The notes under the pieces: model-generated
The model's input: the letters and a program-made list of their open reading frames with translations, nothing else
The model's database searches: none
What the model was told of the DNA's origin: nothing
Position numbers and translations under genes: made by a program
Origin: a virus
DNA length: 64,000 nucleotides
IMG/VR virus record: IMGVR_UViG_3300037089_000506
Reading direction: 5' to 3' (one strand)
Shown here: positions 58,658 to 64,000 of the stretch, piece by piece
How the letters are laid out: the number at the start of each line of letters is the position of its first letter
Numbering within the stretch: position 1 is the stretch's first letter

Positions 58658-59743
58658 TTAGGTATAGCCTATAATACCAGGGATTTGAACCCCATTCTCC
58701 CCTGCCAGGGTAGTAGCCTGTGTTATATACTTTGTAATATTGCCATTATCAGAGGTAAACCACACAGTAATATTATAGGTTGAGTCAGAATGTAAATCGG
58801 TTAGGATATAAGATAGCTGGTTCATTGGAGCCGTATAATTATCAGCACCATTTACATTTATTACTACTGTATTTTCTGTATAATAGGGCATTACAGCTTG
58901 ATTGTATGCCCACGTTACTGTGATGGAATTAGCAGTTATCTCCTCGGTAGATACTATACCTAATAGTTCAGGATCGGCTGTAAATACTCCCTTAATCTCC
59001 ATATTATAATTATCCTGATCATAAAAGGTATTTTGGAACTTATAGGATAGGAAATCTAATAATACATTTTCCGTAATAACGGGGGAATCTTGAACAAAGA
59101 AAGTAGAAGATTGAGGAGTTTGTGGAATCTGGCTCATAATCACAGAACGTAAATGAATATCAAAGTTAATAGGAATAATATGAGCTTTTTCTAACCATTC
59201 ATCTTCATTATAGGAGGGCATCCATTGAATATTCTCTACTTCAAAAAGAATAGGTATTTGTATAGCATAGCCTAAGTATGTCAAGGACCCATAATTAAAC
59301 TGCTGTGGTGCTGGGTTTTGAATCCATACTAAAGTTTCATAGGCTAATTGTGCGTCGTCAGTACGGCTAAAAAAAGCAGTACAGTTGAATATAATCTGTC
59401 CTTGTAGAAACCGAATATTCTGAAATCCTATAGAACTATCAGGAAACCCCACTAATCCCGCAGTAGCATTCTGCACCGCTGGTCTATCGTCTATCTGCCA
59501 GTTGCCTGTCCAGAAATAACGCATAAAAGGCAAATCCAGCTCCTGAATAGAAGGGTTGCCATTTTTAGATTTTAGATTCAATCTCTGTCTAAATGCATAA
59601 TTTTCTGAGGCAAAGATAACCCTACTCAAATCACTTCTTAATAGGTTATTGGCAAAATAAGTTTCTATCGCCATTCTAATAAGGGTAAGTGAGTCTGAGT
59701 ATAAAGATAAATCATAATAAGAGGGAGGGGTAATCAATGCCAT
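58658..59743 (-). CDS. Tail completion/neck-like protein with a C-terminal FN3-like domain
   Basis: Upstream of the sheath gene; ITANSITVTW...LTDLHSDSTYNITVW. Confidence 0.45.
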   Translation of the reverse strand: MALITPPSYYDLSLYSDSLTLIRMAIETYFANNLLRSDLSRVIFASENYAFRQRLNLKSKNGNPSIQELDLPFMRYFWTGNWQIDDRPAVQNATAGLVGFPDSSIGFQNIRFLQGQIIFNCTAFFSRTDDAQLAYETLVWIQNPAPQQFNYGSLTYLGYAIQIPILFEVENIQWMPSYNEDEWLEKAHIIPINFDIHLRSVIMSQIPQTPQSSTFFVQDSPVITENVLLDFLSYKFQNTFYDQDNYNMEIKGVFTADPELLGIVSTEEITANSITVTWAYNQAVMPYYTENTVVINVNGADNYTAPMNQLSYILTDLHSDSTYNITVWFTSDNGNITKYITQATTLAGENGVQIPGIIGYT

Positions 59744-59754
59744 GTCTAATTAGT

Positions 59755-60504
59755 CTATAGAACACCCGCCAATCTATTCCTAATTTCTAGTAAAGATACT
59801 TCATATATTTCTTCTATCTCCGAAGTAAAGAACAATTCCTTGAATTTATCTAAAGTCTTGGCTTTTTCTATGAATTGGTAAATACCAATACATATAATAT
59901 AAAATTGATGTAACGTAGTGCATTTATATAAATCCTTTATTACTGTCATCATGTTATTTATAGCATCTGTTTCTTTATTAAAAAGATAGTTAGCAGGATC
60001 ATCAATAATATCATTATCATATGGCCTAAATAGATAAGTAAAATTATAGCTCTCAGATAGTTCCCCTAGCTCCGTTTCTCTAGTTCTACCATTCTCTATA
60101 TGTTCATTCAGAGAGGTAATTCTGTCAGCAGCTTTTATTTTAGGCCCATACAGTGACTCTAATACTTTAAATGATAATAGACCAGCAAAAGAAGCTCTAG
60201 TCTTAAAATCTTGCTTCTCATATTGAGACATGAATTTAACTGTAGATTCTAACGCAGTGTCATCAACAATATCGGGAGGTAAGAATATTTTACCTTTAGT
60301 CTTTTTCAATATAAGTGAACGGGCATAGGGTACTAATTCTTTGAACATTTGATGATATATTGCTACTTCACTATCAGTGGGAACCCCCTCTAATTTAGAT
60401 ATACCCTCTTTTATCTCTATTCTTTTTTCTCTTTCTTTTAGATACTCTTCTTCTAATTTTGTCAATAATAGTTCTGTAGCGGGTTTCTGTTTACTCCTAG
60501 CCAT
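59755..60504 (-). CDS. Candidate phage late sigma factor (sigma70 region-2-like)
   Basis: LVPYARSLI...DDTALESTVKFMSQYEKQDF...SFAGLLSFKV resembles region 2.2-2.3. AGGAG lies before ATG 60504. Confidence 0.4.
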   Translation of the reverse strand: MARSKQKPATELLLTKLEEEYLKEREKRIEIKEGISKLEGVPTDSEVAIYHQMFKELVPYARSLILKKTKGKIFLPPDIVDDTALESTVKFMSQYEKQDFKTRASFAGLLSFKVLESLYGPKIKAADRITSLNEHIENGRTRETELGELSESYNFTYLFRPYDNDIIDDPANYLFNKETDAINNMMTVIKDLYKCTTLHQFYIICIGIYQFIEKAKTLDKFKELFFTSEIEEIYEVSLLEIRNRLAGVL

Positions 60505-60520
60505 AAAATCTCCTGTATAT

Positions 60521-60549
60521 AGTATAATGTAAATATAGGAGATTGTCCA
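60521..60549 (-). promoter_or_regulatory. Sigma70-type promoter for the candidate sigma gene
   Basis: TGGACA-N17-TATACT. Confidence 0.6.
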
Positions 60550-60553
60550 CTTT

Positions 60554-61054
60554 TTAGAGATTTTTGAGGTGTTTGAGTTTTGATAATATAGATTCAGAAA
60601 AGAAAGCATCTACGGTTGCAGTCTTATTCGGACTGTTAGGTAGTGCTCCAGAGTGCTCATCACCTTTATTAGAGTTACCAGTATTTATCTGATTGATAAT
60701 CTTCATTTCAGTTTCTGCTCTTTTTTCTACAGGAACTATAATGCTCTTTCTTTGGTGTCCAGACTCTTCTTGGGCAAGAGTATCGCAATAAATTTGTGCT
60801 TCGTCTTCGCTTTGGAACGTATCTGAATCGTAATCAACAATACCCCCATCAGATATAAGTAAGCTAAAGGCGACAAAATTAATCCCCATGGCTTTTTCTC
60901 CATCAGGATCAGGGAAACGAGTAAAATTTGCTTGGGTTTGGGAGCCTAAAGTTCTGTCTGAAGAGGAATATTTATTATCAGAGGGATTATCGCTTTTAGC
61001 ATAATAATTGTTATTAGATGCAAATGCATAACTGTTTTTCTGGCCTGGGTTCAT
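60554..61054 (-). CDS. Hypothetical late protein
   Basis: ACTAA motif 11 nt upstream of the ATG. Confidence 0.55.
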   Translation of the reverse strand: MNPGQKNSYAFASNNNYYAKSDNPSDNKYSSSDRTLGSQTQANFTRFPDPDGEKAMGINFVAFSLLISDGGIVDYDSDTFQSEDEAQIYCDTLAQEESGHQRKSIIVPVEKRAETEMKIINQINTGNSNKGDEHSGALPNSPNKTATVDAFFSESILSKLKHLKNL

Positions 61055-61069
61055 GCCTAATTAGTCTTA

Positions 61070-61627
61070 CTACTTGCATATCCTCCTAACTATTTTGTTT
61101 GAGGGTAATAAAAGTGAGGGGTCATGCAAATCTTTAATATAATCTATTGGAGTTAATACTCCATAAGAGGTATTGGGGGATTTATGTATTGTGTGCCCTT
61201 CAATAAATATACCTCTAATTATACGATCAAATAATTTTTTCGTATCCATAATAAGCTCTAAATCATGATTGCTTCCTTTTACCCATTTTAAATTTTCTTT
61301 ATCTTCACGTAAGAATCTATAAATAAATACTGACACTTTTTCCAGATACGCTTTATAAATCCCCCCTACAATGCCGCTCTGACTAAAAAATTCCATAAAA
61401 GTTCTACCAGTATATCTATTTATACTAGGGTTATCTTCAACATGACTATCTAATTTTACTTCTACTACTCTTGTATCCCTATTAATATAAGTATCAAACC
61501 AATCTAAACTTCTATTATTTTTTTCTTCTCTAGTTTTTAGTACAATACAATCAGGATGATCCTTTTGAATAATAGTTAGTCCACTTTCTTCTGCTATGAC
61601 ATCAGATTCAAATTTAAAATGTCCCAT
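61070..61627 (-). CDS. Hypothetical protein
   Basis: AAGGAG RBS. Confidence 0.55.
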   Translation of the reverse strand: MGHFKFESDVIAEESGLTIIQKDHPDCIVLKTREEKNNRSLDWFDTYINRDTRVVEVKLDSHVEDNPSINRYTGRTFMEFFSQSGIVGGIYKAYLEKVSVFIYRFLREDKENLKWVKGSNHDLELIMDTKKLFDRIIRGIFIEGHTIHKSPNTSYGVLTPIDYIKDLHDPSLLLPSNKIVRRICK

Positions 61628-61641
61628 TTATTGCTCCTTTT

Positions 61642-62562
61642 TCAAAATTCACCGAAAGCTTTATCCTTTTTCTTTCCATATAGCTTTTTAGCTTCAGTTG
61701 TCCATCTTTTTTCCACATCATCCATATCAATATCATCACTAAAATCTATCTCACTACCCTCAGGAGAAGAAGTAAGCCTTTTACGTGCAATCTCACAATA
61801 CTCTTCTGATATGTCAATACCTATAAATCTCCTTTCCAATAATTTTGCCATTTTAGTTGTAGTTCCACTACCATTGAATGGGTCTAGTATTAAATCACCC
61901 TTATTTGTCCATGTCAATATATGGTCCCCTACTAATCCTTCAGGGAATATTGCTGGATGTTTGGAAGCAAAGTCATCAGAAGATGAATAGTTTTTTCCTG
62001 TAGCATACTTCCATATATTTGTTCTTGGGGATAAATCAGCAACAGGCCTTCTGTCTATTTCAACCAATTCACCATCTCTTTCCCTTTTTGTCATTTTACC
62101 AAAACCCTTCCATCCTGCCCAAGCATTAGGCTTGTCTACCAATAGATGTGCAGTTGTTGGTGTTCCCTTTGAGAATACAAACATATATTCAAATACTTGA
62201 GAATATCTATTCCCTGTTATTGATGCTGGAAAGGCAGAAGAATTCTTTTTATATATCATTGTATCATGAAGATTCAACCCTAATTCCATAAAGTATAATG
62301 CTTGTCTAAACGAATTTCCTGTCTCACTTTTATTTTTTACTTGATCTCCAACTACCCAAACAATAACACCACCGGGGGCCAATACTCTTACCAATTGATT
62401 AGCAATTCCCTTGAAATCAAAGTCATATTCTTCTTTTTTATCCTTATTATAGATACGTAAATCATCATAAGGAGGAGAAGTAATAACGCAATCTACCACA
62501 TTATCTTTTATAGTAGATAAAAGTTTGTTAGAATCACCACAATAAATATGATTTATAAGCAT
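61642..62562 (-). CDS. Orphan beta-class N4-C/N6-A DNA methyltransferase
   Basis: TSPPY (motif IV) precedes HPAIFP and ILDPFNGSGTT (motif I). Confidence 0.9.
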   Translation of the reverse strand: MLINHIYCGDSNKLLSTIKDNVVDCVITSPPYDDLRIYNKDKKEEYDFDFKGIANQLVRVLAPGGVIVWVVGDQVKNKSETGNSFRQALYFMELGLNLHDTMIYKKNSSAFPASITGNRYSQVFEYMFVFSKGTPTTAHLLVDKPNAWAGWKGFGKMTKRERDGELVEIDRRPVADLSPRTNIWKYATGKNYSSSDDFASKHPAIFPEGLVGDHILTWTNKGDLILDPFNGSGTTTKMAKLLERRFIGIDISEEYCEIARKRLTSSPEGSEIDFSDDIDMDDVEKRWTTEAKKLYGKKKDKAFGEF

Positions 62563-62820
62563 TTAACCCCTCATTTGAAATAAGAAATAATCTATCTTAT
62601 TCCTGTACACCCTTTCTATCTCTCTATGCACAGCAAGAAATGAATCTATATTGAATTCTTCTTGTGTCTGATCTTTTATACTTTCCAGTGCAGAATTCAA
62701 AAAAAATAAACTTTCTTCTCTAGTCATATTGAATTCCTTACCATCCGTGTGTAGTATAAACGTTTGCTCCTCTTTTTCTAATAGAGCAATCAAAAAAGAT
62801 AAAGTTTCTTCTCTAGTCAT
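62563..62820 (-). CDS. Hypothetical protein with an internal duplication
   Basis: MTREETLSFL and MTREESLFFL repeats. Confidence 0.5.
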   Translation of the reverse strand: MTREETLSFLIALLEKEEQTFILHTDGKEFNMTREESLFFLNSALESIKDQTQEEFNIDSFLAVHREIERVYRNKIDYFLFQMRG

Positions 62821-62883
62821 GTTTTTGTAATTTTTTTTCCATCTCTGTAGTAAACCATTTAACAGATTCTCGCACTTCCATAA

Positions 62884-63195
62884 TTACTCCTTATTAGCTA
62901 TTTCAGCCAGAACATCTCCATGACAATCTAATGGTGAACACCAACAACCTAATATTTTACCTTTTAGTTCTTTGATAATCTCTTCCTCAGTAAAAGCAGT
63001 TTTTATATATTCTTTATATTTTTCTACTACCTCATACCGAGTCCCATCCCTACCTATCTCAAAAGGGTTGCCCCATTTAGAAGGTCTACCTATATAGATA
63101 TCATAAATATCATGTTTACAATGAACTACATAGGGATTTATTTTATTTCTCCTTTCCAAACTATATCTGCATCTTTTCCTGAATGTAAATACCAA
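62884..63195 (-). CDS. DUF4326-family protein (true start uncertain)
   Basis: VVHCK...YIGRPSKWGNPF...LKGKILGCWCSPLDCHGDVL. Confidence 0.8.
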   Translation of the reverse strand: MVFTFRKRCRYSLERRNKINPYVVHCKHDIYDIYIGRPSKWGNPFEIGRDGTRYEVVEKYKEYIKTAFTEEEIIKELKGKILGCWCSPLDCHGDVLAEIANKE

Positions 63196-63841
63196 TAAGT
63201 ACCATCAAAACTTGGTACTAATCCTTTTTCCCATAAAGGTAGAATACAATCAAATTCATATCCATATTTGATGGTAAAAAATGAAGATATATATATGCCC
63301 ACACCGAACTCCACACCGAATTCCACACCGAAACCCACATCGAATTCCTCACCGAAACCCACATCGAATTCCTCACCGAAACCCACACCGAATTCCCCAC
63401 CGAATCCCACATCGAATTCCTCACCGAATCCCCCACCGAATTCCTCACCGAATCCCACACCGAAGCCCATTTTTTTAATTGAACTATATCTGAATCAATA
63501 ACCTCAACTTTAGGTAAAGAAAAAGGATTAATAATTGGCTTTATTATTAATTGAGGTATAATTGTTTTGAAATCTAAACTTCTAACCCATAACTCTGCTG
63601 AAGTAATTATTTCTTCTGAAATATCTGGTTTCCTATACTTATTATCATTTTCAAATTTTTTAGTCAAAGGATTGAATTCAAAGAAATTCCATTTATCTTG
63701 AACTTTTGGGGGTGTATTAAAATGAGTTAAAATATATGTATGGGAATCACAATTTTCTTTCAAATTATCTTTACGATATTCCCAATCTAAATATTTGTAA
63801 TTCCTATAATCATCAGCACAGAAACTAAAAAAATTACACAT
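63138..63841 (-). pseudogene. SVW-repeat phage protein split by a +2 frameshift in (AT)5 at 63287..63296
   Basis: Removing one AT joins ...SVWAY to ISSFFTIKY...LWEKGLVPSFDG...LHSGK. Confidence 0.7.
63296..63463 (-). repeat. 14 tandem 12-bp units TCG-RTG-DGG-RNT encoding S-(V/M)-(W/R/G)-x
   Basis: Units read out directly from the sequence. Confidence 0.95.
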
Positions 63842-64000
63842 TTATTTCTCCTGTAATTTAGGAAGATAAATTTCCTGTCGATTACATCGTAATATAACTG
63901 CTCTATGTTCATTATCCATATAGAAGTCAATAATATCACTAGCATCAAGATTATGGATAAAATCTATCATCGATGTTATTAATACCACTGAAGATACATT
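63842..64000 (-). CDS. 3' end of a hypothetical protein starting beyond the window
   Basis: Open frame ending ...IYLPKLQEK-stop, containing the RBS of the next gene. Confidence 0.5.
   Translation of the reverse strand, partial: NVSSVVLITSMIDFIHNLDASDIIDFYMDNEHRAVILRCNRQEIYLPKLQEK

Noticed and set aside
63296-63463. CRISPR array
   Set aside because: The units are contiguous 12-mers with no spacers. No repeat-spacer structure or cas gene was seen anywhere in the window.
63268-63501. Pro/Ser-rich and PHRI-repeat ORFs on the + strand, and the GFGEEF frame of 63138..63470
   Set aside because: These are alternative readings of the 12-bp repeat. Only the S-V-W frame connects to the upstream RBS and N-terminal domain.
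1-64000. Stop-codon reassignment (TAG or TGA), as in some large phages
   Set aside because: Long conserved genes are uninterrupted in code 11, and TAG and TGA both end genes at expected positions.
1-64000. Prophage or bacterial chromosome context
   Set aside because: No integrase, repressor, att-like junction or block of housekeeping genes. Host-like genes are isolated among phage genes.

Overview
An AT-rich, densely coding 64 kb segment of a large lytic dsDNA myovirus (T4-like or jumbo-type) read in the standard genetic code. No integrase, CRISPR array or rRNA was found. Layout: (1) 1-4.8 kb, + strand, short early genes (DUF932, P-loop ATPase, ribosomal-S3-like KH protein, peptide deformylase, cyclic-phosphate receiver domain). 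(2) 4.8-21.8 kb, - strand: a large nucleotidyltransferase-fold protein, two GIY-YIG endonucleases, tRNA-Thr(UGU), SbcD, a coupled AAA ATPase-HslV pair, 5'-3' exonuclease, HNH, GroES-like protein, primase and dUTPase. (3) 22-31 kb, + strand: SSB, SbcC, a radical SAM/SPASM operon with four proteins sharing the N-terminal motif MKxRxGF(V/I)SNSS(S/T)(S/T)SF, and a possible gp32-like protein. (4) 31-61 kb, - strand: a contractile-tail module (fibres, baseplate, tube, sheath), lysis-type membrane proteins and a candidate late sigma factor. (5) 61-64 kb: DNA methyltransferase, DUF4326 and a frameshifted SVW-repeat gene. HslV, SSB and Def resemble spirochaete proteins as I recall them, which suggests a Spirochaetota host (inference). 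The strongest leads are the HslV gene coupled to a non-HslU AAA ATPase ending in -SIL, the radical SAM plus SNSS-motif operon, a late-promoter motif (ACTAA) placed exactly 11 nt before the ATG of seven genes lacking a normally spaced Shine-Dalgarno site, a covarying two-hairpin 5' UTR, a tRNA with C33, and an adenine-biased repeat next to a slipped (AT)n frameshift. All family calls come from motif recognition by eye; no database search was run.
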